Assembly (NCBI GenBank): GCA_965648915.1
Contig: CBFGIV010000003.1
Location: forward strand, 1 to 64,000
DNA from: a candidate division WOR-3 bacterium
Lineage (GTDB): Bacteria; Hydrothermota; Tepidihabitantia; SM23-42; CAYGYG01
DNA: 64,000 nucleotides
Direction: 5' to 3'
Shown: piece by piece, positions 48,796-59,220 of the stretch
Layout of the letters: every line of letters starts with the position of its first letter
Numbering within the stretch: position 1 is the first letter of the stretch
Program-made: the position numbers and the translations under genes
The notes under the pieces: model-generated
What the model was told of the DNA's origin: nothing
The model's input: the letters and a program-made list of their open reading frames with translations, nothing else
Database searches by the model: none

Positions 48796-49950
48796 CTATC
48801 TTAGAAATTGATAAAGCAGACTTGCTCCGAGTTTGAAAAAACGGGTGTTAAACTTTAATGCCTTAAGGACGACGTCCCGGGAGTTAATATCAGAGATAAC
48901 CACACCATCAAAGGTCTTTTTAAAGAAATCAATGAGGAGTTCAAAATCGCGGTTGTTTAACTTAAGGTAAATGTCCCGGACTCGTTTGTGGAAACTTATC
49001 TCATCGAGGACCTCTTTTTTGATTGCCTTCTCATATTCTGACTTCTTCCCCTTTAATATCCGGGCCGCATTGATGCCGGCAAGAAATCCTGATTTAACCG
49101 CATTGGCAATACCCCCACCCGAAAGCGGGTCACAGAACCGGGCCGCATCGCCCGCCAGAAAGCAGTTCCCGCTTGTAAACTGCTTCATTATTTTGGCCGG
49201 CACACCACCGCAGATGAATCGTAGTTTTGTGGCTGAAGAAAATTCATTTGTGACCCAGTGGTCGAGATAGATTCGGACTGATTGTTTGGCCTTTAAGGGA
49301 GAGATACCCAATCCGACATTGGCCCGATCTTTTGATTTGGGAAAGACCCAGGCGTAACCGCCGGGCGCTATGTCTTCATCAAGATAGAATTGGGCATAGT
49401 CAGATTCGATATTTAAGTTGCCTAAGAGATATTGAGCGCAGATATGGATTTCGTTCAATTTTAAGAAAGTTTTCAAGCCAGCAAGACGTCCGATCCGGGA
49501 TTCACAGCCATCAGCACCGATTATGAAGCCAAACCCTACTTCCTTCTTTTCCTGATCCTGGAGATAGATCAGTTTTTTATCCTGGATCTCGATTGCTTCG
49601 GCATTGCAGATTAACTTCGCTCCAGCCTTTACCGCCTCACCGGCGAGTTCGGCGTCGAAAATTTTTCTCTCGAGGATATAACCGACATCAGGATAATTGG
49701 CCTGAAAGATTCTCCGGCTGGGTGATTTAACAACTGCTCCTCTGAGTTTCGTTGAAATCCAGTGTGGTTTTATATCAAGCCAGCCATCGACCGTACTGCG
49801 GGAGATGCCTTCAGCACAGAGGATATGTTCACCTACCCTTTTATGCCTTTCCAGGATGACAACCGAAAGTCCCTCCCGGGCCGCAGCCCAGGCAGCACAG
49901 CTTCCGGCCGGACCAGCACCAACAATAACGAGATCGAATTTTTCGATCAT
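48796..49950 (-). CDS. Geranylgeranyl reductase-family FAD oxidoreductase
   Basis: VGAGPAG, CAEG, GADG, PGGYAWVFPK, GDAA..DPLSGGGI. Confidence 0.88.
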   Translation of the reverse strand: MIEKFDLVIVGAGPAGSCAAWAAAREGLSVVILERHKRVGEHILCAEGISRSTVDGWLDIKPHWISTKLRGAVVKSPSRRIFQANYPDVGYILERKIFDAELAGEAVKAGAKLICNAEAIEIQDKKLIYLQDQEKKEVGFGFIIGADGCESRIGRLAGLKTFLKLNEIHICAQYLLGNLNIESDYAQFYLDEDIAPGGYAWVFPKSKDRANVGLGISPLKAKQSVRIYLDHWVTNEFSSATKLRFICGGVPAKIMKQFTSGNCFLAGDAARFCDPLSGGGIANAVKSGFLAGINAARILKGKKSEYEKAIKKEVLDEISFHKRVRDIYLKLNNRDFELLIDFFKKTFDGVVISDINSRDVVLKALKFNTRFFKLGASLLYQFLR

Positions 49951-50086
49951 TTAACAGTGAGTCATTATATGCTAACAGATAGATACCTGTCAAGAACAAT
50001 TAAAGATAATAATGGCTCACCAAATCTCTACAAATTACTCTTGACAGGAAATGATTTTTGATTATAGTTTGACAGAGGAGATAGAG

Positions 50087-51016
50087 ATGTTTCTTTCTGT
50101 ATTATCAACAGTCATAATCTGGTTGATCGCCGATCCGATCAAACTTACCTATATAAACGAAGTCCGGGTTGCACCTGATTCGCTCGAAGGTATTGAGATT
50201 GCGGTCTATCCGGTGCGGAATATTGTCGATGTCCGTGGCTGGCAGATAAGAACCCGGGCTGGCCTGGCGACAATCAGTTCGAGTGTCCTGCCCGATAGTT
50301 TTGTCCTTATTAACCGCACCAATCTCATCGGACCATTCGGGCTGAATGATACTACCGATTCGATTACCCTTTATCAGAATAGCCTGATCAGAGATGGTCT
50401 GGGCTACCGTAATAGTCGGCCGAGTCCTTTCGCAACAGCGGCACGATTCAATCAAAGGTTTTTTTACCCCGAGACCCTTCAGGTAGTTAGAACCTATATT
50501 GACTTGACGCCAACTTTTGGGCAGGCAAACGATGATTACGGTTCAATAACCGGGATGGTTCGAGACCAGAACGGGACGCCGGTTGAAGGAGCAACAGTCG
50601 AGGCTCATGGGCCTTTGGATGATGCCTATACCTATAGTCGCTATAACCCTTATGCGGGTCTCTATTACCTTCACGGACTATCAAAATGTAAATATCTGAT
50701 GACCGCCTCTAAACCCGGTTATACATCCCACACCTATCCAGACTCAGTCACTATCGGTGCGCAGGTCAATTTTGTCCTCAGGGCAATAAAGGTTGAAGAT
50801 CAAACAATCTATCCCAAGCCATCGCTTCCCAGAGAAAAGTCAATCTTTTCTCCCAGGATTGGACCGATCAGCAAATCTGAGTTTCAACTCTATACCATTA
50901 CTGGTCACAAAATTTCTCGATTGTCTGATCTGCGCTGTCTTGCGTCCGGTATCTATTTCGTCGTAACAACTGAGCAAGGGGTAGTAAAGAGTCACAAAGT
51001 AGTCCTTATCCGATGA
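50087..51016 (+). CDS. Secreted protein with carboxypeptidase-regulatory-like domain and T9SS-like C-terminus
   Basis: GAGGAG RBS before ATG 50087; GSITGMVRD..G.PVEGATV; LASGIYFV. Confidence 0.6.
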   Translation: MFLSVLSTVIIWLIADPIKLTYINEVRVAPDSLEGIEIAVYPVRNIVDVRGWQIRTRAGLATISSSVLPDSFVLINRTNLIGPFGLNDTTDSITLYQNSLIRDGLGYRNSRPSPFATAARFNQRFFYPETLQVVRTYIDLTPTFGQANDDYGSITGMVRDQNGTPVEGATVEAHGPLDDAYTYSRYNPYAGLYYLHGLSKCKYLMTASKPGYTSHTYPDSVTIGAQVNFVLRAIKVEDQTIYPKPSLPREKSIFSPRIGPISKSEFQLYTITGHKISRLSDLRCLASGIYFVVTTEQGVVKSHKVVLIR

Positions 51017-51552
51017 GGGTGATTTTAGTTGGACTCACCCTTATCACCGGGCTTGGTGCGGATATAAAATTCTATAGAGAGCGGGTCGATATTATAATCG
51101 ATAATGCCTCCGGGGTTGTTGAGGGGAATTTTTTCTTAACCAACACCAGCCCGGTCAGGCTTACACCCTTGATCTTCTTCCCCTTTCCAATCGACCAGGA
51201 TCATCCTTATCCGGAGACGATTGCGGTCGAAGAATATAATTATCAGATCTGTGATTCGGGAATAGCAATCATAATCCCCTTTGAACCAAACGAGAAAAAA
51301 AGGTTGAAACTCCGTTATCGTCAGAAAATTTTCGATCAGGTTTTTACTTATATTGTCCGAACCATTCATGAATGGAAGCGACCTGTTGCCGAGGCCGAAT
51401 TCGTTATCGTTCTGCCCGCTTCTTTTAAGAATCCCGAAATAAATTATAAAGTCAATCTGGTTAGAAAAGATAGCCTCAGGCTGATTTACAAAATTAAAAG
51501 AAAGAATTTTTATCCAAGGGATGATTTGCAGATTAAATGGCAGGTTGAATGA
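51013..51552 (+). CDS. Hypothetical exported protein
   Basis: ATGA overlap with the previous gene; short hydrophobic N-terminus; FPFP and Y..RT..EW motifs. Confidence 0.6.
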   Translation: MRVILVGLTLITGLGADIKFYRERVDIIIDNASGVVEGNFFLTNTSPVRLTPLIFFPFPIDQDHPYPETIAVEEYNYQICDSGIAIIIPFEPNEKKRLKLRYRQKIFDQVFTYIVRTIHEWKRPVAEAEFVIVLPASFKNPEINYKVNLVRKDSLRLIYKIKRKNFYPRDDLQIKWQVE

Positions 51553-51610
51553 GATGGGCCGGTTCTTAGGTGTAGTATTGACAATAAACGGCAGATGAGT
51601 AAAATAGGCC

Positions 51611-52000
51611 ATGGGCAAAGAGAAAACTCTGGTCAGTGCCTGCCTTCTTGGAATAATGTGTCGATACGATGGAAGAAAGTTAAGAAAACCAAGATTATTC
51701 GATCCCGATTTCATTCCGGTTTGTCCGGAACAGCTTGGTGGATTGCCAACTCCGCGTTTTCGATCGATGATCCAGGGCGGAACCGGAGAGGACGTTTTAA
51801 AGGGTAAAGCCCGGGTCCTGGATGAAGAAAGACAAGATGTTACTGAATATTTTTTACGGGGGGCAGCAGAGGTCAGGCGAATTGTAAAGATGTACAGGAT
51901 CAAAAAGGCCTATCTTAAAAAATGGAGCCCTTCGTGCGGAGAAGAAGGAGTTTTGACGGCTTTGCTCAAAAAGATGAAAATAAAGTTAGTATTTGTTTAG
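51611..52000 (+). CDS. DUF523 (2-thiouracil desulfurase-like) Fe-S protein
   Basis: VSACLLG..CRYDG, CPEQLGGL.TPR, SPSCG. Confidence 0.9.
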   Translation: MGKEKTLVSACLLGIMCRYDGRKLRKPRLFDPDFIPVCPEQLGGLPTPRFRSMIQGGTGEDVLKGKARVLDEERQDVTEYFLRGAAEVRRIVKMYRIKKAYLKKWSPSCGEEGVLTALLKKMKIKLVFV

Positions 52001-52067
52001 GTATTATAATTGTCAGTTATGTTATCAGTATTTGAACATAGCAATTTATACCTTTGATTCTCTTTCT

Positions 52068-53231
52068 ATGAAGAAGGAAGTTTTAGTCAGAAAAATCCAT
52101 CCCGGACATCCCTGGATATTCTCTAATGAGATATTTCGAGTTTTTGGTGAACCCGCACCTGGAGATGTTGTCAAGGTCACCCGTAAAGCAGGGCGAAAAA
52201 GAGAATTGATCGGGTTCGGTTTCTATAATCCTCACTCCCTGATTGCGGTGCGCCTCTTTTCAAAGGAAGAAGATTTTACAAAGGTCTTTCTTAAAAAAAA
52301 GATCGAAAGGGCACTGAGACTTCGTCAGAGAATCTTAGAAGATAATAGTTTTCGCCTGATCCACGGCGAGAGTGATGGATTGCCCGGTCTGATTATCGAT
52401 AAATATGAAAATGGCTTTGTCCTGGAGATAAATTGCCTGGGTATGGAGATAAGAAAGAATTTGATTATCGATACCCTTGCTGAGCTGTTTAACATCAATT
52501 TCATCTATGAAAAGAGTGATAGCCATTACCGAAAATTTGAAGGACTCGAACCAGTTGTAAGAATTGTCCGGGGTGAGTTGCAGGAACGGGTTGTTATCAT
52601 CCAGAATGGTATTCATTTTTCAGTTGATATCATTCAGGGCCAGAAGACCGGTTTTTATTTCGATCAACGAACCAACCGTCAAAAGGTTAAAGAACTTGCC
52701 GCCGGCAAAAGGGTACTTGACCTCTTCTGTTATACGGGCGGATTTGCCCTCTATGCTGGCCAGGGTAAAGCAAAGTCGGTTCTCGGCGTCGATTCATCGG
52801 AGCGGGCAATTGAACTGGCCCAGGAAAACAGTCGCCTGAATAACCTTGAGAGGCAATGTTCCTTTGTGGTTGGTGATGTATTTGAGTTTTTAAGGGAAAA
52901 GGCACAGAGCGAAGAAAAGTTTGATCTGATCATCCTTGACCCACCAGCATTTGCCAAAACCAAGAGAGAGGTCAAAGATGCCCGCCGGGGTTATAAGGAT
53001 ATAAATCTCTTTGCAATGAAGGTCCTTGCCCCGGATGGCCTGCTGGTTACATCCACCTGTTCCCATTATGTCAATGCCGACGATTTTATCGATATCCTCA
53101 ACCAGGCCCGAATCGATGCTGGAAGAGAATTTAGAATCATCGGGAGAGGATTTCAATCGGGTGATCATCCAGTAGTTATCGGTATGCCCGAGAGTGAATA
53201 CTTGAAATGCTTCTATCTGCAATCTTTTTAA
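52068..53231 (+). CDS. rlmI: RlmI-like SAM-dependent rRNA cytosine-C5 methyltransferase
   Basis: HPWIFSNE, ESDGLPGL, GQKTGFYFDQR, LDLFCYTGGF, LDPPAF, TCS. Confidence 0.85.
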   Translation: MKKEVLVRKIHPGHPWIFSNEIFRVFGEPAPGDVVKVTRKAGRKRELIGFGFYNPHSLIAVRLFSKEEDFTKVFLKKKIERALRLRQRILEDNSFRLIHGESDGLPGLIIDKYENGFVLEINCLGMEIRKNLIIDTLAELFNINFIYEKSDSHYRKFEGLEPVVRIVRGELQERVVIIQNGIHFSVDIIQGQKTGFYFDQRTNRQKVKELAAGKRVLDLFCYTGGFALYAGQGKAKSVLGVDSSERAIELAQENSRLNNLERQCSFVVGDVFEFLREKAQSEEKFDLIILDPPAFAKTKREVKDARRGYKDINLFAMKVLAPDGLLVTSTCSHYVNADDFIDILNQARIDAGREFRIIGRGFQSGDHPVVIGMPESEYLKCFYLQSF

Positions 53232-53830
53232 CTTTTCTTAATTATCAACTTCCCTCAACCGAATCGATCATTTATCGGACTGAGGAGAAAGGTAAGGTCG
53301 GTTATCTCACCGCCGAGATGAGGATGGACGACAGTACCATTAGAGTTTACTATACTTCGGATCGACAGGTTGAGACGGTGATTGACCGACAGGATCTTAA
53401 AACCCTCTGGGTCAGAAAGATTATAAATGGCCGGAAGGACTTTGAATACCGGCGGACCGGCGATACAATCTCGGTCTATTATCAAGGGAATGAAAATACC
53501 TATCGTCGGCCGGATTTGATCTTTGACCGGCATACCCTCGATTATGTCCTGAGGGCGCAGGATTATAATTACAATTTTCAACGCGAAATATTTATTCATC
53601 TCCCTGAATTAGGGATAAAAAAAGCAATATTGAAGGTAGTCGGTGATACAGTTACAACAACTGCGCTGGGTGAATTCGATTGCTGGCGAATCGCATTGAT
53701 TGCCCGGGTTTTGTTCATCAAACTTAAACTCTATTTCTTAATTGAAAAGCAGTATCCCCATCGCTATATCAAGTATGACGATGGAAAAAGGAAGATGGAA
53801 ATTTTTAAGTATCGGGCCGGGGCACAATGA
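53207..53830 (+). CDS. Hypothetical exported protein (possibly DUF3108-like)
   Basis: Hydrophobic N-terminus; T.LGEFDCW motif. Confidence 0.55.
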   Translation: MLLSAIFLTFLNYQLPSTESIIYRTEEKGKVGYLTAEMRMDDSTIRVYYTSDRQVETVIDRQDLKTLWVRKIINGRKDFEYRRTGDTISVYYQGNENTYRRPDLIFDRHTLDYVLRAQDYNYNFQREIFIHLPELGIKKAILKVVGDTVTTTALGEFDCWRIALIARVLFIKLKLYFLIEKQYPHRYIKYDDGKRKMEIFKYRAGAQ

Positions 53831-54162
53831 TTGCCATTGTAGTAAGATAAGAGGGGATACTCTATATATTGTGTGATTCGACCCCACTTTATTTAAAAAT
53901 TAAACAAAATGCTTTTTTAAGCCCTCGGGCCAATTGAACATAGTAGCCAAACGATTTAAAATTTCATTATGAATATGGTATAAATCATCTCCAGGAGCGG
54001 GTTTAATCTACATCAAGGCAAAATCAACAGAGGAGCGGAAAAAATTAAAATAACTCTTGACAAACTCTCTATTATAGATAAAATAACGCAATGTGACCGC
54101 AGGGAATCCGGGCGCCAGGATCTCTGCCGGTGCAGATCGGTTTGGGAAAGGAGGTGAAAAAA

Positions 54163-54435
54163 ATGACCAAGGCGGAGATTGTAGCCGCTATCGCCAAGAA
54201 AGCAAAGATTAAGAAGACACAGGCGAATATCGCACTCGATACATTTGTCGATTCGGTCACGGCCGCACTGAAGAAGGGTGACAAAGTTTCACTGGTCGGT
54301 TTTGGAACCTTCCTGGTTGCAAAGCGCAAGGCGCGTAAGGGATTCAATCCTCAGACCAAGGAAGAGATCAAGATACCACCCAAGAAAGTACCTAAATTCA
54401 AACCAGGACAAGATCTGAAAAAGGCAGTCAAATAG
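54163..54435 (+). CDS. hup: DNA-binding protein HU
   Basis: MTKAE, VSLVGFGTF, RKGFNPQT, PKFKPG; AGGAGGTG RBS; promoter TTGACA(54057)-16-TAAAAT. Confidence 0.96.
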   Translation: MTKAEIVAAIAKKAKIKKTQANIALDTFVDSVTAALKKGDKVSLVGFGTFLVAKRKARKGFNPQTKEEIKIPPKKVPKFKPGQDLKKAVK

Positions 54436-54443
54436 AGTTGCCC

Positions 54444-54478
54444 AGGGGATGCTGATCAGCATCCCCTTTATATTTTTA
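54444..54478 (+). terminator. Intrinsic terminator after hup
   Basis: Perfect palindrome AGGGGATGCTGATCAGCATCCCCT followed by a T-rich tract. Confidence 0.8.
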
Positions 54479-54488
54479 TACTTAGAAT

Positions 54489-55055
54489 ATGAGACCCGTT
54501 ATCATTCTTGCCTCTACTTCTCCCCGACGCAGGATAATTCTTAAAAAACTTAAAATACCGTTTGAGGTAGTAAATCCGGCGATATCAGAAAGACTGAACA
54601 TAACCAATCCAGTAAAGTATGTAAAGACCGCAGCCGAGTTAAAGGCGAAGGTAGTTAGCCTTAAGCGGAGAGGTTTAATTGTCGGTGTCGATACTGTGGT
54701 TGTAATCGATAATAAAATTTTAGGGAAACCAGAGAACCGCAAGGAAGCACGAGCAATGATCCAACGATTGAGTGGTCGCAAACATAAGGTCTTATCAGCG
54801 GTGTTCCTGATTGATAGTAAGACGGGTCGTCAGTGGCAGGCGATTGAAAAGACAGCGGTAAAATTTCGCCGGCTCGGTCCGGCGGAGATTGAATCTTATA
54901 TCCGTTCATCTGAACCTTATGATAAGGCCGGAGGTTATGCAATTCAGGGTCAGGCGGGGCTATTCGTCGAGTGGATAGATGGTTGCTACTGGAATGTCGT
55001 TGGATTCCCAATCTCGTCTTTTTTAAGTTTGTTAAAAAAGAGCGGCTATTTTTAG
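54489..55055 (+). CDS. maf: Maf-family nucleoside triphosphate pyrophosphatase
   Basis: ILASTSPRR, DTVV, GKP, LSGRKH, DKAGGYAIQG, NVVG. Confidence 0.95.
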   Translation: MRPVIILASTSPRRRIILKKLKIPFEVVNPAISERLNITNPVKYVKTAAELKAKVVSLKRRGLIVGVDTVVVIDNKILGKPENRKEARAMIQRLSGRKHKVLSAVFLIDSKTGRQWQAIEKTAVKFRRLGPAEIESYIRSSEPYDKAGGYAIQGQAGLFVEWIDGCYWNVVGFPISSFLSLLKKSGYF

Positions 55056-55057
55056 AT

Positions 55058-57160
55058 CTAAAAATTTGCTGAAATTCCGAGGAGGGGAATAAAAGGGAGT
55101 GAATAGTAGGTTTTAGTTCTACCGGTAGTTGGATCAAACTCGTAATTTTCGATATTCTTCCTGTTCAACAGATTGATGGCTTCACCATAGAAGGTTATGA
55201 TACCCAGTCTCTTTTCAAGCCGAAGGTCAAGTCGACTGTAGTATTCGGTGCGGGCACTATTTTTTTCTCCGTAGACGGGTAGGTAGCACTGTCTTAAGGA
55301 ATCATAGAATGTCTGAACCAACGGTGTATATGGTTTACCCGAGGCAAACCTTAAATTGGTCGATACGGTAAATCCTTTGATTTCGGGCAGGGCTAGGCTC
55401 AGATTTATCGTGTGGGGCTGTTCCCAGTCAGCACGGTAGAGTTTTCGATCAAAACCGGTTTTACGATAACTGGTAAGGAAAGAGTATGAGAACCACCCGG
55501 ATAAATATCTCTTATCTTCGCGCTGAAGAAAGATCTCAATCCCCCGGGCATAGCCATAGCCATCATTGGCCGTATGCTGGAAGGTCGAATCCGATGTGAT
55601 GAGCCGATCGTAGTCTTTATAATATACTTCAATCTTAATCCGGTTATTGGCTAAAAAATTCCATTCGGTTCCGAGAATATAATGGGTTGCCTTCTGTGAT
55701 CGGGGGAAATTTGTTGTATCAAGCAGTTGTTCAAGTCGTCGGGGGAACTGATAAAATATACCATAGGCGGCGAAGACCGTGAGATCGCGATCCGGCAAAA
55801 GGCTGAGCATAATGCGGGGTGAAGTGACATACTCCTGACATTTTTTAAAATAATCTCCCCGTATGCCGTAACGAATGTTTATCAGGTAGTTAGGACGCTG
55901 TTCGGCTTCAATAAATAATCCTGGCACCGTAGTAATAATGTTGCTCTTTAAGAAAAGGTCGGGTTCGAGCGTATCAGGGATACCGCGCATACCAAAACCC
56001 GGCATCTTACCCTTTAAATTAAAGAGAATCCGGCTGTAGGAATAGCCACATTTAAGAGTAAATGTGATAGATGGCTGATAGATGATATCCTGCCGATAGA
56101 CATAAAGCTTCAAATCATTATCCGCATGCCAGCGTAATAGTCTTATTCGGGCAGGGAAATAGTCAAAGTAGATGAGCGAGCGGAGGAGAAGATTGGTTCG
56201 GGCATTAAAATCATAGGCAACCGATGCATGACTGACCGACTGCCACCAGGTAAGTGTAGCTCCCTCTTCGTCAAGGGTGACTTTTGAATTGTCCTCGCTC
56301 AATAAGAAGGTAGATGAGATTTTATGATTTTTGTTGATCGGCAATACAAAATTGCCGTTAAGGTCATAATAATTAGGCAGGATATAACTCTCGGTTGCTC
56401 CCGATTTTTCAAGTAAAATATCGAACCAGCTGCGCCGTAGACATAAGGCGATATTGGGTGCGGTTATAAAAAATTTCGCATTGGCGAGATCGAGGGCAAT
56501 CTTTCCTCTCCATCTTTCACCCCGGATCAGACGGGTCGAGACAATCCCGGACATCGCCCAGTTGTATTCGGCTGAGAAACCGCCAGTAAAAATATCGACC
56601 TGATCTATCATATCCGCATCAAACATTCCACCCAGACCAAAGAAATGGAAGGGGTTGAAGATGACACCCCGATCAAGGAGGTAGAGGACCTCATCGATAT
56701 CACCACCCCTTATTACAAAAATTCCTGAGAAGTCTGAGACCGGCGAAATACCCGGCAACTTCTGAATCGCCCGGAATAAATCACCGCCCCCACCAGCCGT
56801 TCTCTTTATTTCCGATCCAGAAATGGTCTTTGAATCTTCGATCTTCTCTTTCTTTGCGGTTACTTCAGTGACGGTTAGTTCAATCGGCTCAGGGGCGAGT
56901 TCGAAATTTAAATAGATTGAGTCTTTAAGAACGATAATCTTGATCTGGGGCTGGTAACCGATAAGGCTAACTTTCAACTGATATCGGCCGGTCGGAAGAT
57001 CCGGCATATAAAACAGCCCCTGCCGATCTGTTGATGTTCCTCTACCTGTGCCGGGGATTGTAATATTAACATTGGGTAAAGGTTGGTGTGTCTCGCTGTC
57101 GACAATGTGACCGCTAACAGTTGCAGCCAAGATAAAAAAGAATACCAACATAAAAAGCAC
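55058..57160 (-). CDS. TonB-dependent outer-membrane receptor with N-terminal carboxypeptidase-regulatory-like domain
   Basis: LPGI, IRGG, GGFSAEY plug motifs; beta-strand pattern; C-terminal Phe. Confidence 0.88.
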   Translation of the reverse strand: MLFMLVFFFILAATVSGHIVDSETHQPLPNVNITIPGTGRGTSTDRQGLFYMPDLPTGRYQLKVSLIGYQPQIKIIVLKDSIYLNFELAPEPIELTVTEVTAKKEKIEDSKTISGSEIKRTAGGGGDLFRAIQKLPGISPVSDFSGIFVIRGGDIDEVLYLLDRGVIFNPFHFFGLGGMFDADMIDQVDIFTGGFSAEYNWAMSGIVSTRLIRGERWRGKIALDLANAKFFITAPNIALCLRRSWFDILLEKSGATESYILPNYYDLNGNFVLPINKNHKISSTFLLSEDNSKVTLDEEGATLTWWQSVSHASVAYDFNARTNLLLRSLIYFDYFPARIRLLRWHADNDLKLYVYRQDIIYQPSITFTLKCGYSYSRILFNLKGKMPGFGMRGIPDTLEPDLFLKSNIITTVPGLFIEAEQRPNYLINIRYGIRGDYFKKCQEYVTSPRIMLSLLPDRDLTVFAAYGIFYQFPRRLEQLLDTTNFPRSQKATHYILGTEWNFLANNRIKIEVYYKDYDRLITSDSTFQHTANDGYGYARGIEIFLQREDKRYLSGWFSYSFLTSYRKTGFDRKLYRADWEQPHTINLSLALPEIKGFTVSTNLRFASGKPYTPLVQTFYDSLRQCYLPVYGEKNSARTEYYSRLDLRLEKRLGIITFYGEAINLLNRKNIENYEFDPTTGRTKTYYSLPFIPLLGISANF

Positions 57161-58452
57161 TAACCGAGAACAATTAATTTAAGGATATTTGTATATTTAC
57201 AATTTTTAAAAATCAGGAAATAGGCACCGGGTGATAAGCTTGCTTTTACTAAATTTAGAGAATGCTCCCCTCTATTTCTCTTACCAGCAAATATTCTTTT
57301 TATCTTTTTACCCGTAAGGTCATAGAGATCAATGATTATATAAGATTCTTCCTGGAGATAGAAATGGAGAGTGGTATTATTGTTAAAAGGGTTGGGCAGG
57401 GCCGAGAAGCCATTTTTTACTGGTGAGTTGACGGTTAAGAAATCGCTTATTCCGATAAGATTCACTCGTCCCCTTTCGATCGAATTTATCCCGGTTCCAT
57501 TCCATCCACAGACGACATAAAGAGAACAGCCTTTTTGGGTACCCCCGTGGGAACGGCGTGCAGTTCTGATCGGCGTCTCATTTGACCAGTATGGGTAGCG
57601 GCAATCTTTTTTCTGAACCGCATTCAGATAACTTGAACGATCCTGCCCGCCGATAATAAACATCATCAATCCGGTATCGGGTGTATTGATAATATGGCCC
57701 GACGCCCAGAAGGTGGGGAGATTCATTGAGTCTGATTTTATTATCCAGGTATCACCAGGGCAGAAATAGGCATATACTGATCGGGTGCCGTTAGGATAAT
57801 TGGTTGAACCACCACAGATAAAGATCGTATCCCCGATCGGTATAGCGCATACTGCCATCTTGGGTACCGGCATCGGTCTTTTGACTGACCAGGTGTTACT
57901 GATCGGGTCATAGCACCAGGTTTCGTCGGTAAAGAGGGTGTCATATTTTATACCCCCGAACATATAAATCTTACCATTCCAGGTGGCAAACTGATAATAA
58001 TAATGGGGGACACCCTGATTGGGCATCTTGCCGATTATCGTCCAGGTATTACTGTTTAGATCGATTAAGGTCAGATCATCAGTAAAGTTTGATCCCTGAC
58101 GTCCACCGCCAACATATATCTTTGAACCGAGGGCAACTGCTGAATGGTTATGGACACCACCTCCGCCCGGATAGGTCAAGCCTCTCTGCCAGGTATTGGT
58201 GAGGGGATCATAAACCTCGTCAAAAGGGTGTGAACCATGGGTTGGGCAGTTACCGCAGATCAAATGAATTTTATTATCCGACCCCAGAATCGCAACCGTC
58301 CTTGAGACGGCGCAGGTGGGAATTGGGACCATATATTCCCAGGTAATGGAGAATGGTCCTGCAGGGGTTGATGCTTCGCAAATAATAGGCTTACTAAGAA
58401 AATCATCAGGGGGTGGTGCCACTGTAAGGAGGAAAAATATTATAATCTTCAC
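57160..58452 (-). CDS. Secreted Kelch-repeat protein with T9SS-type C-terminal domain
   Basis: KIYVGGG, YDP..NTW repeats; PNPFN...YDLTGK...LSPGAYF. Confidence 0.85.
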   Translation of the reverse strand: MKIIIFFLLTVAPPPDDFLSKPIICEASTPAGPFSITWEYMVPIPTCAVSRTVAILGSDNKIHLICGNCPTHGSHPFDEVYDPLTNTWQRGLTYPGGGGVHNHSAVALGSKIYVGGGRQGSNFTDDLTLIDLNSNTWTIIGKMPNQGVPHYYYQFATWNGKIYMFGGIKYDTLFTDETWCYDPISNTWSVKRPMPVPKMAVCAIPIGDTIFICGGSTNYPNGTRSVYAYFCPGDTWIIKSDSMNLPTFWASGHIINTPDTGLMMFIIGGQDRSSYLNAVQKKDCRYPYWSNETPIRTARRSHGGTQKGCSLYVVCGWNGTGINSIERGRVNLIGISDFLTVNSPVKNGFSALPNPFNNNTTLHFYLQEESYIIIDLYDLTGKKIKRIFAGKRNRGEHSLNLVKASLSPGAYFLIFKNCKYTNILKLIVLG

Positions 58453-58543
58453 ATAATAAAATATACTATAAAAAGATAAATGTCAATACAAAATTTCTAA
58501 TATTTATTCTTGAATTCGCGAGTAATTTAAGTATAATTATATT

Positions 58544-59179
58544 ATGATTAAGACTCTTCTGATAGGCCTGCTGGCATTTTATGTTGTTGAAGCCAAAGGG
58601 ATTGAGGTTTCAGAATTTGTCTGGGATTTTGGTGCGATCCCGACCAATGCCTATGCCCATCATACTTTTATTCTTAAGAATATACGCTCGATACCGATAA
58701 AGATAAAGAAGATTCGACGATTTTGCGGTTGCCTCATATTTTCGCTCTCAGACACAATCCTCTATCCAGATGTTCTCACTTATTTAAATGTTGGCTATTT
58801 CAGCGGCACCAAATCAACAAATGAGAAGAATAAAATATATATAACAACCGATGATCAAGAGGATATGGTATTAAAATTTACCGTCACCGCCGAAGTTGGT
58901 AAAGAGATCACTGGAATCCAGGTTGAACCGAAAAGATTAAAGGTCTTCGATCTCAAAAAGACATCATTGAAGTTTTATAATGCCTCTGACCATCCTGCAC
59001 CATTAAAGGTTATCTATGCAACAAAAGGTATTGAGGTCGATCCAGAAACAACAACAATCAATCCCAGGGAGAATATAAAGATTTCAATTACTTCAAAATA
59101 TAAGGTCTTTGATGAGAAACCTTCTATTTTATTTGAAATAAAAGGTTCAAGAATCACAATCCCGATTGATTTGAAATAA
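58544..59179 (+). CDS. DUF1573-domain exported protein
   Basis: Signal peptide; WDFG.I, F.LKN, CGC motif. Confidence 0.78.
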   Translation: MIKTLLIGLLAFYVVEAKGIEVSEFVWDFGAIPTNAYAHHTFILKNIRSIPIKIKKIRRFCGCLIFSLSDTILYPDVLTYLNVGYFSGTKSTNEKNKIYITTDDQEDMVLKFTVTAEVGKEITGIQVEPKRLKVFDLKKTSLKFYNASDHPAPLKVIYATKGIEVDPETTTINPRENIKISITSKYKVFDEKPSILFEIKGSRITIPIDLK

Positions 59180-59203
59180 AAAAGGGGCCCTTTCGGGCCC
59201 CTT
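59178..59203. terminator. Intrinsic terminator between convergent genes
   Basis: AAAAAA-GGGGCCC-TTTC-GGGCCCC-TT. Confidence 0.85.
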
Positions 59204-59220
59204 CTGTTATAGATATCACC

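Noticed and set aside
51136..51903. 255-aa minus-strand ORF and the many other short antisense or nested ORFs
   Set aside because: Shadow frames of well-supported genes, with no motifs or RBS
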